Shown: positions 1 to 13,188, numbered from the stretch's first letter. The stretch: 64,000 bases of DNA from Candidatus Dormiibacterota bacterium (GCA_963709585.1 CAVPXI010000007.1:320001-384000), one strand, 5' to 3'. Notes: a model not told the origin generated them from the letters alone. Translations and numbers: made by a program.

Positions 1-2360
1 TCGGCCCCTCGGTCGCGCGCCAGGGCGCCGGCACCTTGCGGTAGAGGAATCGCGGCCAACTCCCCCGCGTTCACGGTGGGCGCAACCGTTGCTGGACTCA
101 CTGCACTCGCGGCTTCCGTATCCATCAGGGTTCCGCATCCACCATCGCGCATGAAGAGCGCAAGGGTACGGAAGTGGTCGTCGGCCGGATCCCGCCGCGC
201 CCGGCCGTTCCCGTCCAACTCAGAGAAGACCGACTCCCAGTCCGGCTCTTTCTTTCGTGTCGCCGACACGAACAATTGCCGCTCCGCTCGAGTGATCGCG
301 ACGTACACAAGTCGGCGCAACTCGGCTCGGTCCACATCCTTCGGGAGCTCGCCCGCTCTCGCGGCGAGAAAATGGCCGTGCTTCAGTGTCGGATTCCTCG
401 TGTCACCGAGATCCTTGATGATCAGCCCCATCTCATCGTCGAAGAAGAGCCAACCCCTGTGCTGGATGGTCGGAGGCTTGACGTGCGCCAGGAACACGAC
501 GGGAAACTCAAGCCCCTTTGCCGCATGTACGGTCATGAAGCGCACAGCATCAGATCCGGAGACATCCGCTTCGGGGACGTCGATCTCGTGTTCGTCGTGC
601 AGGTTGACGTAGCGGATGAACTCATCTAGGCCAGTGAACGCCTGTGACGCCTCGAAGTCGCCGGCCATCCGATAGAGCTTGCGTAGGTTGCCGACCCTTC
701 GCGGCGCCTCCGCCGCCTCGCTCCCGGCAAGCGCGGCATATCCTGTCTCATCCAGTACCGCCTGCACCAAATCGCCGACCGACACTCCGGCCCGTCGCGA
801 TGCTAAGCCTCGAACTAGGTCCAGCGCGGTTGTCACGCGCTCGGCGGTGCCGGCGTCACCCAGCTCCGTGAACCCTCCTTTCTCCGCCCGGATGACCCGA
901 TCCCACCTGTAACGCAGCTCCAGTTCGTCACCCTCTGCACTGCGAAGGAGACGGTGCAACTGCCCGTCGCTCACCCGAGCCAACGGACCCTGAAGGACGC
1001 GAACCAGCGCCATGTCGTTGAGCGGGTTGTCGACCAAGGCCAGATAGGCCATCACGTCCTTGATCTCCTCGCGATCGAAGAACCCCTGACCGCCCGAGGT
1101 GACGTAGGGAACCCCGTGCTTGCGCAGCTCCTGCTCAAACGCGATGGGGGGTCGCGCCATGCGAGTGAGGAGTGCGATCTCTTGCCAGCGTGTGCCCTCA
1201 CCGTGCACGCGCAGAATCTGTCCCGCCACGAACCGCGCCTCGTCCTCGGGAGTGTCGGCGCGGTAGAGGGATACAGACCGCACATCGCCGCCGCCAGCAT
1301 CGGCCACCAGGTCGGGCTCATTCGCAAACTGACCGTCCTTCCGGATCAGATTTGTCGCCACATCCAGGATCGGTTGTGCCGATCGGTAGTTCGTCAGCAA
1401 GAGCCGCTCATCGCCGGGGAAGTCGAGAAGGTTGCGGATCTGTGCGTCGCGCCACCCATAGATGCTCTGCTTGGGATCGCCGACGACGGAGACATTTGCA
1501 AATCCGTCCTGCGCGAGCAGCTCGAGGACGTCGCGCTGGATCCGGCTTGTGTCCTGGAACTCGTCCACGATGATGTACTGGAACCGCTCGCGGACACGGT
1601 GCCGCCACGCAGCGTTGTCTCGCAGCGCATCACGGAGACGCAGCAGGATACCGTCGAAGTCGAGCATCCTCCACGCGGCGAGCCGCCGCTCGTATTCGTG
1701 GTAGGTCGCGCAGATGAGGCGCGCCACTTCCTCCTCCGCGAGCCGTTCGTTCCCCTCATCCGGTAGGACATCGACGCCGGCCGTGTCGTGCCAGTACACC
1801 TCAGCGCAGGTTGTGCACTGAGTGGCAAGGGTATCGGGTGCGATCCCCCGCCCTTTCATGCGCTGGATGAAGCCGAACGCCTCCGACGACACCTTCATCG
1901 CTACTTCGGTGCTGAGGACACGCAGGTCGAGGATCCCGGCCTCGGGAATCTCCCCGTTGCGCAGCGATGTGAGCACCTGGTCCACGAGGAGACGCTCTTC
2001 CAGCGGGTCGATGACCCTCGTATCCCGGTCGAAACCAATCTCGTAGCAGTCATCGCGCAGCAGGCGCACGCAGAGTCCGTGAAAGGTACCAACCCAAGCT
2101 GCGTCCATCGACGCACGATCCGCAACGAGGCCACCTGCAACCAGCCGATCGGTCACTCGACCGCGCAGGTCCGCCGCTGCCCGGTTGGTGAAAGTCACAG
2201 CAACGATGCGGCTGGGATCGAGGCCCCGCTCCGAGACCAGATACGCGAAGCGCTCCACCATCGTGAGCGTCTTGCCCGTGCCGGCTCCCGCGACAATCTT
2301 CTCCGCCTGAGTCGGGTCTGCTGTTGCCGCGGCCCGCTGCAGGTCGTTGATTTCAGTCAT
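1..2360 (-). CDS. UvrD/SF1A ATP-dependent helicase (AdnB/AddA-like), runs off window edge
   Basis: Not in ORF track because it is open to base 1. Hand translation from ATG 2360: MTEINDLQRAAATADPTQAEKIVAGAGTGKT..VTFTNRAA..GTFHG..IIVDEFQDT..VGDPKQSIYGWR..NYRS..MTVHAAKGLEF..YVAITRA; ATGA overlap with upstream gene. Confidence 0.92.
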   Translation of the reverse strand, partial: MTEINDLQRAAATADPTQAEKIVAGAGTGKTLTMVERFAYLVSERGLDPSRIVAVTFTNRAAADLRGRVTDRLVAGGLVADRASMDAAWVGTFHGLCVRLLRDDCYEIGFDRDTRVIDPLEERLLVDQVLTSLRNGEIPEAGILDLRVLSTEVAMKVSSEAFGFIQRMKGRGIAPDTLATQCTTCAEVYWHDTAGVDVLPDEGNERLAEEEVARLICATYHEYERRLAAWRMLDFDGILLRLRDALRDNAAWRHRVRERFQYIIVDEFQDTSRIQRDVLELLAQDGFANVSVVGDPKQSIYGWRDAQIRNLLDFPGDERLLLTNYRSAQPILDVATNLIRKDGQFANEPDLVADAGGGDVRSVSLYRADTPEDEARFVAGQILRVHGEGTRWQEIALLTRMARPPIAFEQELRKHGVPYVTSGGQGFFDREEIKDVMAYLALVDNPLNDMALVRVLQGPLARVSDGQLHRLLRSAEGDELELRYRWDRVIRAEKGGFTELGDAGTAERVTTALDLVRGLASRRAGVSVGDLVQAVLDETGYAALAGSEAAEAPRRVGNLRKLYRMAGDFEASQAFTGLDEFIRYVNLHDEHEIDVPEADVSGSDAVRFMTVHAAKGLEFPVVFLAHVKPPTIQHRGWLFFDDEMGLIIKDLGDTRNPTLKHGHFLAARAGELPKDVDRAELRRLVYVAITRAERQLFVSATRKKEPDWESVFSELDGNGRARRDPADDHFRTLALFMRDGGCGTLMDTEAASAVSPATVAPTVNAGELAAIPLPQGAGALARDRGA

Positions 2361-5300
2361 TCGGCCTCGTACGCCTCAGGTTCCTCGATGCGTCCAGGAC
2401 ATACCCAGGCGTAGTCGCACCCTTTGCCCCAAGCTGCGAGGCACGTATACCCGTCGTGGCGAGGGCGCGGCGCGAAATCTCCCGCGTGGATCTCTTCCAG
2501 CGTCGTGAGGATCCTCCCGCGGGCTTCTTCAAGCTGATCGTCGTTCAAATGGAGCGGCCCATTCTTGGGCGTCTCACCGTCGTCGGCAATGATCCGCGTC
2601 TTGCGGATCTGACCCCCCTTCATCAGGTTCGACGGATACCAGAGTCCGACGACATGGGGATCGACGGCGGGCACACCATCCACTTGACCGTCGCGGGAGC
2701 CGAAGAAGTAGATCAGCAACTGGAAGTCATGGGGGACGTCGCTCGTGATGCCGAGGTCGTCGCCCAGTTCACCGGTAGTCTTGCCGTTCTTGCCCGTCTT
2801 GTAGTCGATGATCTCGTGGCCACCTTCGTCAAGGACGATGATCCGGTCGATGTAGCCGCGGATCGTGACGTCTCGCAGCGGATGCCAGGTGATTCGTGCC
2901 TCGGTGGCCGCCGTGAGCGGCAACTCCTGCCCGTCAATTTCTGACCTGTAATAGTTGGCGAAGAGGCGGCGGAGCGAGCCCTTTTCGACACGGCGATCGA
3001 GCTCTCCGTCGACGGTGCGGAGGTGTGCCTCGATCGCCGCGTCACAGCACTCGGCATAGAACGTTTCGGCAAGCGCGGCGTCGTGGCGCCACCGCCGTTC
3101 GTTCTCCGGAGCGTGGAATCGCTCGGGCGCCGCGTGAAATGCGCTGCCTCGAGCCGCCGCGACCCCGGACTCGGTGCGCAGTCCGAGTGTCTTGCTGTAG
3201 TAGTACTGGCGAGGACAGGCGAGGAACTTGCTGACGCTCGATGAGCTGTCGTACAACTCACTGGTGAAGACGACCGGCTCTGACCACGCTTCCCAGCCGC
3301 TGAAGGCCGCTACATCGCGCTCGTCCTGCGCGTTGCGGCCGCTGCCAAGTGCCGGGTCGCGCTGTAGCTCTGTGTACTCGCCAAGTGGAGCGTCGCCCGC
3401 TAGTGGCTCTAGGAATGCGCTTGGCGCTCCGATCTCTTCCTTCTCATAAGTATCCGCCCACGACAGAAAGAGCATGTCTTGGGCTCGCGTGGACGCAACG
3501 TATCCGAGGCGCGCCTCTTCGCGCAGGAACTCCTCGTCGGTGGCGGGCCACGGAGGTGCGAAATCCACGAGCGTCTTCTCTAGCCACTGCTGCTCGTGCT
3601 TCTCCAGGAGTGGGGTCCGGGCGCGAGCCACGACGGGAAAGTGCTGCGATGCCATCGTCGGCATGAACACGACAGGAAACTCGAGTCCTTTACTGGCGTG
3701 AGCGGTGAGGATGCGAACGACACCCTGCTCGGGCTGGTCGGCAGCCGTAAGCTCGTCGATGTACTCGGGAAGGAGTTGCTCGAGGGCGGTGACGGTCTCG
3801 GCGAGTGAGGGTGGATGCTCGCTGAGCAGCGTCTGAAACTCGACGTAGTCGCCCACTGCTCGCAGCAACATCCGAAGCGGTACAAGGAGCTCGTCGCGCC
3901 GTGAGTCGGACGTAGCCGGTGACATCAGCAGGCGCACCACGCCGAGTTCGTCGAGGACCCTCTGCAGCAGTACATTGATGGCGACCTGACCGGCGCTCGA
4001 CCGCAATCGTGCCCATCGCCAAGTAAACCCATGGATGGCGTCGCGTCCATCGTCGCTCAGGAGATCGAAGAACCCTGCGGTTCGGCGCTTGGTTTCGTTC
4101 GGCTCGCGGGAACTCCACTCGAGGGCGTCGGCCGCGGCTCTCTCCCGCTCGAGGTCAGTGCGGTCCTCTGGAGAGAGCGGCGGTTCCGTGTTGCTCCACG
4201 GCAGCGGCCAGCGACTGGGATCTGCATCGCGGAGGAGGAAGCAGGTGTGCTTCAAGACTGTCAAGAGTGACGTGGTGCGCAGCGCTTCCGTCGCCGCACG
4301 CTGGCGGCGCTGCGCCTCCGCGAGCAGCCGGTGAGCGTCGGCAGCCGGAACACCAGCAAAGGGCGACTCCACCACGCGCATCAGGAAAGTGTCGTCATCG
4401 GGATGAGCGAGCGCGCCTAGGGCGTGCACCGCGAATCGAATAACGTCGGACGACGCGAAGTTGGGAGACGCGCCCACCTCGTGCGGGATACCAGCAGCAC
4501 GGAGCGCTTCTTCGAACTGACGGCCATGGCGGCGAACGCTGCGCAGGACGATGGCAATGTCACCGGCAGCGTAGCGCGGGCCGGGGGCGTGGCCGCTGGC
4601 AATGAGCTCCGCGATCTGGCGGACTACCGCCGTGGCCTCGTCGGTCGCATTCTGCTCGTGCTCGCGATGCAGCACCGGAACATCGGCATTGCCGCGGTTT
4701 GGGGTGAGCCCTGCGGCGCTAAGTCCATAGCGGTCGAGGAGACGATCCGAAGCCCGGAGAATGGAACCGTACGATCGGTAGTTCTGGCGCAGCTCCACAC
4801 GCGTGCCACCGAACTGCCACTTCTCATCAAGGAAGGCAGGCAGCGTCCCCCGGAACGAGTAGATGGCCTGGTTCGGATCACCCACCCACAGCAAGTCTGG
4901 GGTGCGGGTGATGGTGCTCCACCAACTGCGCGATGAGTTTGACCTGAGCGGCGTCCACGTCCTGATACTCGTCGACGATGACGTGCTGGAACTTCATCGA
5001 CAGCTCCTCTCGCAGTGCGTCGTCCCGCTCCAGATGGAGCTGACACTGGGCGATGACATCGCGAAAGTCCCAGAGGTGGCGGCTGTCCTGTTCGGCCCAG
5101 TACGCCCTGTAGATTGCGGCCAGATCCCGCATCTTCGCGTTGTTGGTAACGCGGGAGTACCCACCGAAGTCATCCGACCGAACAAGATTCTGCTTGAGAA
5201 CGCCGATGAACCAAAGGGCGTCCTGAACAAGTGCTTCGCTCGTCTGCAGCGGGCCAAGGATCTCAAGACCGCTCATCTGCGTAAGCACCCGGCGCATCAG

Positions 5301-5666
5301 CACCTTCTCCTCGAAACTGTTCATAAGGCGGAAGGGGACGATCCCGTGGAGGTAGCCGTGGGTGGTGAGGATACGGGTGGCGAAGGAGTGGAATGTGCTG
5401 ACCCACGACTCGTCATATGAGGTGTTGTGTAGGCCATCGATACGGCGCTTAAGATCGCTGGCCGCGTTATTGGCGAACGTCAATAGGAGGACTTGGCTCG
5501 GGCGCAGTCCGACCTCGTCGAGCAGGCGCAGATACATGGCTACAACCGTGGTCGTCTTCCCAGTTCCAGGCCCAGCGACTAGGCGGAGCGGCCCCTCGCC
5601 CATAAGGTTGAGGGCGGTCCGCTGCTCCGCGTTGAGATGTAGCCGGTCGGCTACAGGAACCGTCAT
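2357..5666 (-). CDS. UvrD helicase fused to PD-(D/E)XK nuclease with Fe-S-type cysteines (AdnA/AddB-like); +1 frameshift near 4885
   Basis: ORFs 4878-5792 (AGPGTGKT, DEYQD) and 2357-4894 (GDPNQAIYSFRG, NYRS, TAHASKGLEF, GYIDRI, IDYKTG, CP...C-x7-C-x5-C) join as LAVVGDPNQ if one G is removed; likely start ATG 5666. Confidence 0.88.
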
Positions 5667-6436
5667 GTCCAGATTGTGGACGCCGGGCAGTGACGACGCC
5701 GTATCGAACCCATGAAGCCTCTGGGCACGGCCTTCAAGCCAGCACTTTCGACCGCGGCCGGGGATGGCCCACGCGGCATCGATCGACGCCACGCTGCCGC
5801 TTCATCTTCAGATCTGGGAACGTGTTGACATCCGTAAGCTAGGAGTCCGGCCAGACCCGCGTGTGTGCCGTCCCCTGAGCTTTACGTAGGTGCAGCGAGA
5901 GTGATCGATCGCTGCTATCAGCAACGCACGCATCTAGCGCGCGCGGCGGGCGGCGGCGACGGGTGTCCAGGGCGGTCTTGCTTCGTAAGGTCGATGCGCG
6001 CGCCTTGACATCACGGAACTAATTGCTACTGCCAAATCATCCAACGTCTTATAAGTCCCACATTTCAGCGCTGTCAAATTCACAAGCACCGGCTGATTCC
6101 ACAGGTCACGCTTTGGCCATCGACTGATCACGAGGTGATGAGCGAGTAGATCCTGCGCCAGATGGCGTGGCTCCTTCGACCGCAAGAGTTCTCGGCCGGT
6201 GGATCTGAAGGAAAGGGCATGAACGCTCCCGATGCGGTCGCAACGAGTCGACCAAACGGTGTCTTAGTCACCAAGAAGATGGTCTCTCTTCGAGATCGCC
6301 CGGCGCCTGGAGGCGGGCGACGTGCCTACACCCACCGGCCGAGCGAGATGGTTCCCGAGCTCCGTTGGCAAATTGCCAAGGCAGGCACACGATGATCACC
6401 CAAAACGAAGTTGACACGCGCGCTCCGCGCACGCGC

Positions 6437-9194
6437 TCACTCGATGCTCACCGCCTCGGCGAGCCCGAGTTCCTGCAGGATCTGACGCACCTCCGACACC
6501 AAACTCTCGCTGGCAGCAGCGTTGACCGTAACGGAGAATTCCACCCCAACTTTGAGATCAGAGCCGGATCGCAGCTTAGGAAGGATTTTCGTGCCGAGGC
6601 GGTTCCACATCTCCGGGGGAATCGTGCCAACGAGCCGGAAGCTCTTGGTCTGCTCGCCAGGGACCGGCTCAAATCCTGGTAGGGGGCCGGGGTCGCCGGC
6701 AGGTTCAGGACTTGGCTCGGCAGTGGGAGCAGACTCCGGCACGAAAACGCCACCCGCTTTTATTGCTTCTGCCGCCTCCCGTCGAAGTAGAAACACATCG
6801 GCGTCGAAGGCGACCTCGTCGGCCGGGAGGATCTCGTTGAACCACACGCGCTCGTAGCTACCGTCTGGCGTCTTGCCGGAGGCAAAGCCAAAGTCGCCAT
6901 GCTCGACGAAGTCGGTTATCTTGCCCCGAAGAGTTGTGTCGGGGTCGACCAGTCGTGTCAGTGAGCCGTTGAGAAAGCTCTGACGCAAGCTAGCAACAGG
7001 CCACGCCCCGGACGTCTTCAGCGCGGGTGGCCAGTTGCGCTCGATGTACCCTGCGCCGACCGATTCGTTGAGAAGCGCTCCCGACCGTAGCGCATCGATC
7101 ACCCGGCCGCAGAGCGTTCCTCCACTCGATGAATGGCCGGCACCCAAATCAATCACTTTGAGGCCATCAGGCTCTTGGCTATCCGCGACGACAGCGAATC
7201 GATAATCACCCCAGACCTCGTCCTTCGCGACCCCTTCCGCGTCCTTCACCTTCGTCTGCAGTTCGGCACGGTCGCTCTTCTCGAACTCGCCGCCTAGCGT
7301 ACCCTCGGTAACCTCGCGCGCCACCCGCCTCCACGCCAGCATCAGTTCAATCTTGTCGCGCAGTTCGCGGCCGGGCTTCTTGAGGCACCAGACAAGCGCA
7401 CCGGGGTAAAGGCGCGGAGATTTACCGCGCTGACGGGTCCACTCTGACAACTGTTCGCGTAGTGTCTCGCCGCCTGGCCACTCCATCTCAGGATCGGCCA
7501 CGACGAGCGTAAGCCTGGGAGTGTCCGGAATCTCCGTGGCTTCACTCGGGAATGGGATAACCGGGATGCTCGCCCCGCGCCGGAATTCCTCCTCGACGAG
7601 CTTCCGAACGCTTGGCTTCACCTCCGTCGCATCGTCGAGCGAGGCGCGCCGGTCGCTAACGACCTTCTTCATTGTTGGCTGATAGCCGATTCGAAATCCA
7701 TCCGAACCCGCCTTCCGAATGAAGTACGAGCGGTCCTCGAGCGCGAACGCGGCGTTGTCGATGGTCGTCGTGTCCAGCTCCGGCTCGCCGAGTGCGAACC
7801 GCAGCTCCGGGAGGTGCGCCACCTTGTCCGTCTGCCCGCCCGACGAACTCGAAAAGGATTGCGGTGCCAACGCGACGATGGATATCCCGCAAGGGGCCAC
7901 TGGTGTCGGCGTCGAGTGCTCTACTGTGCGCCTGCTCGCCGGCGATGTCCGTGTCGATCGCCGCGACAAGCCTGGACTCGCCGAGCTGTCCCAGCACCAC
8001 GCTGCGGAACCCGGGCTCCGCGAGCGGTGCCGAGCCGAGGGTGATGAGCGGCTCGTTGCGCGCCTTGGTGAATGCATCCTGGGCAGCGATCGAAATCCAC
8101 TGGGCGAGCATCGCCAGCGTGCCCCGCGTCTGCTGATATTGAGGAAGCGCCTGCCACTTGCGCTGGAAGACCGATAGTGTCGCCGGATGAAATGGGTAGC
8201 AAGCTTCGAACCGCCCCTGCAGGAACTCGCGCGCCTTCGCCTCTGTCGCTGCCGAGTCAACCGCGGTCCATTCAGGCGGTAGCTGCGCGCGACGCTCGAA
8301 ACACCAGTCTCCGAATGCCCTGGCGACGTTCCTCCGGATCTTCTCGCTTCCGATGTCCTGGAAGAGCCGACGCCGCACGACCTCGCTGATCTCTGTTTCA
8401 TCGTTCACGATCAGATCCTTGGCCACCCGACGGACCACCTTCGAGATTCGCTCCTGCCATTCCTGATCCCAGTCGGTCAACTCGACCTGGCTTCGCGGCA
8501 GGCTGATCACGCACGCGCCGTGTGAAGTACCGGTCGTGGCCACGGTCAGGTTTTGGATGAAAGAGAGGAACGACTCGGCACTACCGCGGTGGCGGTTCAG
8601 GTAATTGAGGACCTCGTCAAAGAGCAGCAGGACTGGAGCTCCGGCAGCCTGAAACACCTGCGCTATCGCATCGGTGCCAGGGGCGGTGGTCTTCGCTGCC
8701 GCGCCGAGCGCCTCGACGCCCTTGTCGCCTGCTAGCTGGCGGGCAACGTCGATCCAGGGCGTTTCGCGCCCGTCTTGCGGGTCCCAGGCATTGCCCACGA
8801 ACACCGCGACCTTCGCCCGAGGAATGGACGCGACGCCAGATTCACTTACTAGATCCGCGACCCCGTCGTAGCGGCGGGCTGCGTCTCCGTTCGTCGCAAG
8901 GTGGTATAGCGTGGTCAGCGTGTGAGTTTTGCCGCCGCCGAATTGGGTGATCAGAGTCAACACTGGCGAGGTGTTCTCGGTCTTGCCCGATAGACGGCGT
9001 AGCACCATGCCGGAGTGCTCACGTAGCGCCCGCGTGAAGCACGTGCGAGCGAAGAACTGCGCAGGATCGCGGTAGTCCTGCGGCGCTGTTCCGGCGACGA
9101 CCTGCTCGAGGGCAATGGCGAACTCATCCGGGTTGAAGGATCGACCTTCGCGAACCTCCCTGCGAGGGGTCGCTACCTTGTACCACGGTTCCAT
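6437..9194 (-). CDS. DUF499 family AAA+ ATPase; +1 frameshift near 7846
   Basis: PWYKVATPRREV, TQFGGGKTH Walker A, LLFDE, YPFHP; ORFs 7656-9194 and 6437-8401 join as ILFESSGGQ; GGAGG RBS before ATG 9194. Confidence 0.88.
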
Positions 9195-9203
9195 TCCAAC
9201 CTC

Positions 9204-10179
9204 CTAAGGCCTCTTCATACGAGCGAACAAGCTCGATAGCCGGTTCCTTCAGACGCACAAGGTTTGCATACGCGAGCGGCTCGAAACCGCGATCCGCCGC
9301 ATACATCCGGTAACGAACGCCGTCGGTGACAATGACGTCGCGGACAACGCCGAGCATCGCTACATACCCTTTGGCTTGTTCGAGCGCCCCTTCCACCCCG
9401 GCCCCCAGACGCTTTGCTTCGATCACAAGGTGGCAATTCTCCGGGGAACGTGGCAATGCGCTGAATACTGCCACGTCGATGTGTCTCCATTGCACCGCGA
9501 TGTTCTCCGGCGGCCAGCCGAAAGCGCGTAGAGCCGGCACGACGAAATGGGCGATCAGTTCGTCTTCGCTCGGTTGATCACCGAACCGTTGGCGGTCTTG
9601 GAGAAGGGGAACGAGGTCTGCTGCTTGAGCGACGATCCCTTGCAACATACTCGGGACCTCGTCGAGGAGCGCCTGTTCGACGGGGACGTCGGGAAGAGCT
9701 CCCATCTGCCACTGCGTCGGCGGAGACTTGACAAACCGCTGGGCGAAGTCAACGGCTTCGCTGTTCCATACCCGCGCGCATCGCGTCGGATTGGCTCCGA
9801 AGACAGGTCCAGAAAATATGTAATCCGTGGGCAGGTGATACCACCGTACGCGCCGAGCATGCTGAAGATCCCATCCGTTCACATCGTCGAAGGCATTGTG
9901 GTACTTATACTCGCTCGCCACAATGCCGACCGCCCCTATGGTCGCCTGGCCGGTTCGGAGCAGGAATATGTTCCCCGCTTGGACCTCACTCGCGAAGCGC
10001 CGCACGAATCCACCTTCGAACTCTTCGTCGTCGCGGTCCGGCGACCACGGACCAGCATCTCCTGGGCCAACGAGAGCGACCCCGTACCGGAGGAAGACAT
10101 CGGCATACGAGCGCGAAATCGGACCGCCCGATATCTGCCACACGCTTTGCGATGGATCGCTTGCCTGAGTTGCGGTCAT
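9204..10179 (-). CDS. Putative endonuclease: N-terminal PUA/EVE-like domain plus HsdR_N-like PD-(D/E)XK domain
   Basis: C-half HIDVAVF..LVIEAKR..ALEQAKGY..IVTDG; N-half resembles Mrr/McrB N-terminal modules (inference). Track end is 9124; removing one T near 9229 gives ELFARMKRP-stop at 9204, overlapping the next RBS. Confidence 0.7.
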
Positions 10180-13100
10180 CGGGGCAAGGCGAGCAGCATT
10201 GCGTCGAGCAGGCGCTTCTCTTCACTAGTCTTTGGATAGAGTGCGGAGAGTGCGTTGGCGAGACGCATAAAATCGGAACCACGTTCCTGCTCCGCTTTCA
10301 GCAGCGCGCGCAGCGCGTTCGAGCGGCCGCCGGCTTGGAGCAGCATCGCTGCATGGACGCGGTCGAGCGTGGTTGCGTCCAGAGCGCCCGCCAAACGGTC
10401 ATCCGAAACGTCGACGTCAGCACGCTTACCGCTGACACGCCCGCGTCCGCGCACCGTCGGGGCCGCATTACTATCAGGAAAGAGCAGACCCTGTAGCGGG
10501 TTGCCACCGAGCGTCGCCTCGTGCTCAAGCCGCGTGGCAACGGCATGCGCACCATCGTCGCCGAAGAGTTGTTTGGCCCGCTCGCCGATTGGGAGCAGCC
10601 TCACAACGCCCTGCTTCGTTTCTATCACCCGACCTTCCCACTTAGGCAGATCAATGCCGAGCGGCTGCGCGAACCGGCGGACGACGTCAAAGACGAGCGT
10701 GAATCCTTTGACTTTGCTGGCCGACGCATCCTCATCATCCTCATCGGACGACGCCTCGGCCTGATCGTCGTCGCTCGTCCCGTTGACTGTCTCGCTGTTC
10801 GTGCTCTGAAGTGTCCAGAGAAAGAGCGCCGTGAGCCGCGCGTCCTCCTCTACGGCACCGGCAGCTCCATTGCGCGCCTTCGCCTCGGCAGTGCCGAGCA
10901 CTTGCTCGAGAGCGCTCCTCCCGACTACTTCCCAGACCTTCTCCAGATATTCGGCCAGATCCACCTCACGGCCTTCGGCCGTTTCAACCCTGGCGTGACG
11001 ACTGAAGATCTCTAAGGCAGGGCCTATGCATGCAAACACGAGATCAGCGCCCCGCACGCCTTCGTGCTGCAAACGCTCCATCCAGTTTCCGACGCGCTTT
11101 GGAAGCTCTCGGAGGATGTCGGCCCAGTCACCTATGACCGCATCGTCGGGACGAGGACGGCAAACGAGGTGAACGCTGGTAGCGAGCGCCGCCGAGTTTT
11201 GAGCCCTCAGTCTACCGGGCCTTTCCGTCGCAATTGGCCACGACGCAGTGATCGTCCACCCGCCGCGGATCATTCCTGACAGGAGCGCCTCCCACCCTTC
11301 CGTGGTTTTATGCGCAAAGACAACGGCACCGATTCCGTCGTCCCGTAAAACACGCCGACCTTCCGCGAATGCCCGCCGAACCCCATCCTCGAAAAAGGCT
11401 TGGTCCTTTTGCGGGTACCGTTCGGGATCCCAGTGTGCCATTTCGCACAGCTCGCGGTCTTTTGGAGTAAGCGGGTTCGTCGGATCGAGGCGGTCTCGAA
11501 GAAGGGGATTTTCGGGCATGAGCCGCTTGAGCCAGACGAAGAAGTAATCCGATAAGTCAGCATACGGAACCGCAAAGTAGTACGGCGGGTCGGTAAACCA
11601 AACGGCCGCCGCCTCGTCGGGAAGCGGATGCTCAGCAGCGTCAGCGGATTCGACAGTCCCAGCTGCAGAACCGGGCCATGCCTCGATAACCCGAGCAACC
11701 CAGTCGATGGCCCCGTCAAGGTTGCCCGACGAATCAGTCCACGGACTTGCCTCAGCAAAGTCCCACACCATAGGTAGCGCCTGTCGTCCAAAGGTGTGTG
11801 CGACGAACTCACCAGTTTGCGCCCATACAACGCCCGAGCTCCCGTAGTCAGCCGCGCGGCCGACGACCATCGCCATCGCGTCTCGGAGTGCTCCGTCTTC
11901 TATTGCCGGCCGCTGGCGCGCGATGCGTACAAGAGTTACCATCGCGAGCTTCTGCCTAGCCGAGAACATGTCTCCCCAGCGGCGCACCCCATAGAGCGGC
12001 ACATTAAACGTGCCGCTCATGAGTGGCAGGATCTCGTCCGGGACGGGGCTTAGCCCTTGCTTTCCACCATCCTCCCATTCACGAAGGACCGCGGAGAGCA
12101 TGACCTGCGACCTTCGGACCGCCTCGTAGTCCGCGGTCGTCGCAATTCGATAGCTGCATCCGCGTTCTCCGGGACGCCGCGTCACCACCGCGATAATCCG
12201 CGCTCCGCCTGATCGTTTCGATCCCACGCCATCGAACACGACGTCGGCACCCCCGTTCTGGGCGATGAGTTGGACGCGGACTCGCTCCGGTGCAAGCACA
12301 GCTCCGCACGTAGGGCACATTGCTTTCGCACGCGTTGTTGTACCGGACGGCACGTCCTTGTTCGATGTCGGCTCGAACACTTCCAGTTCAAGACGCGGCG
12401 TTCCCGTCGAAGGCCGTACGACGTCGTATCGTAGAGCTCGCTTGCGACCGGCTTTCGTACAAAGCCAGAAAGAGCGGACGAGCGGTATCTCGGTGCCGCA
12501 ATTCGGGGACTCGCATCTCACGGTTCGCGCCCACAAATATGCCGTGGGTCTCCGGCCGTCGGGATCATTCGGGTAAAGGTCAGCTAGCGCAGTCTCCGCC
12601 TCAGCCCTAATCTCGGCCCCTACTCGCCGCAGATCCTGCGCAAGCGTGACACCGTGCCGCGGAATGTCTTGCAGCATGACCTTCAAGATCAGGCAAGCGA
12701 CGGGATTCAGATCGCTCGCGAACGCGTCGCAACCAAGGCGAAGGGCCTCCAGTGGAATGGACCCGCCGCCAGCAAACGGATCGGCGATCAAGGGCGGCTC
12801 CTGTCCGTGTGCCGCCCTCACCAGCGCTCGGCTCACCTGCAGATACCTGCTGTTTGCGGCAAGATCCCAGTCCGCGAAATCACCAATGAACTTCAGCAAA
12901 GCTTTCCGTAAGTCCTCGTCGCGCGTCCCAGGGTTGTAGCCGACTTCTTCGCGCAACAACTTACGGGCTTGTTCTTTGAATTCCGGTGGGCACAGCGCAT
13001 CGCACGGATCGGGCCAAAGCAATGCGAGGAGAACAGCTCGAACTCGAAGCGAGCGGACGCCTGGCCCACCATATGTGCAATGTGCTCGGGTGTCCGTGAC

Positions 13101-13188
13101 GGATCGACTTCTCAGTCGCTGCGTGTCGCGAGACCTCGGCGATCGGAAAGTCGACCTCGGCTAGGCGCTTGCAATCTTTGGGGATCAC
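10176..13188 (-). CDS. DUF1156 adenine-specific DNA methyltransferase; +1 frameshift near 13041
   Basis: [10 protein letters not shown] (ORF 12961-13188) joins ORF 10176-13022 with [10 protein letters not shown] (SAM motif), CxxxxC/CxxC insert and FTDPPYY catalytic motif. Confidence 0.92.

Noticed and set aside
5800-6430. Small ORFs, a TTGACA and a GGCTGATTCCA att-like word between the helicase pair and DUF499
   Set aside because: No RBS or motif support, no matching -10, and the tRNA similarity is too short.
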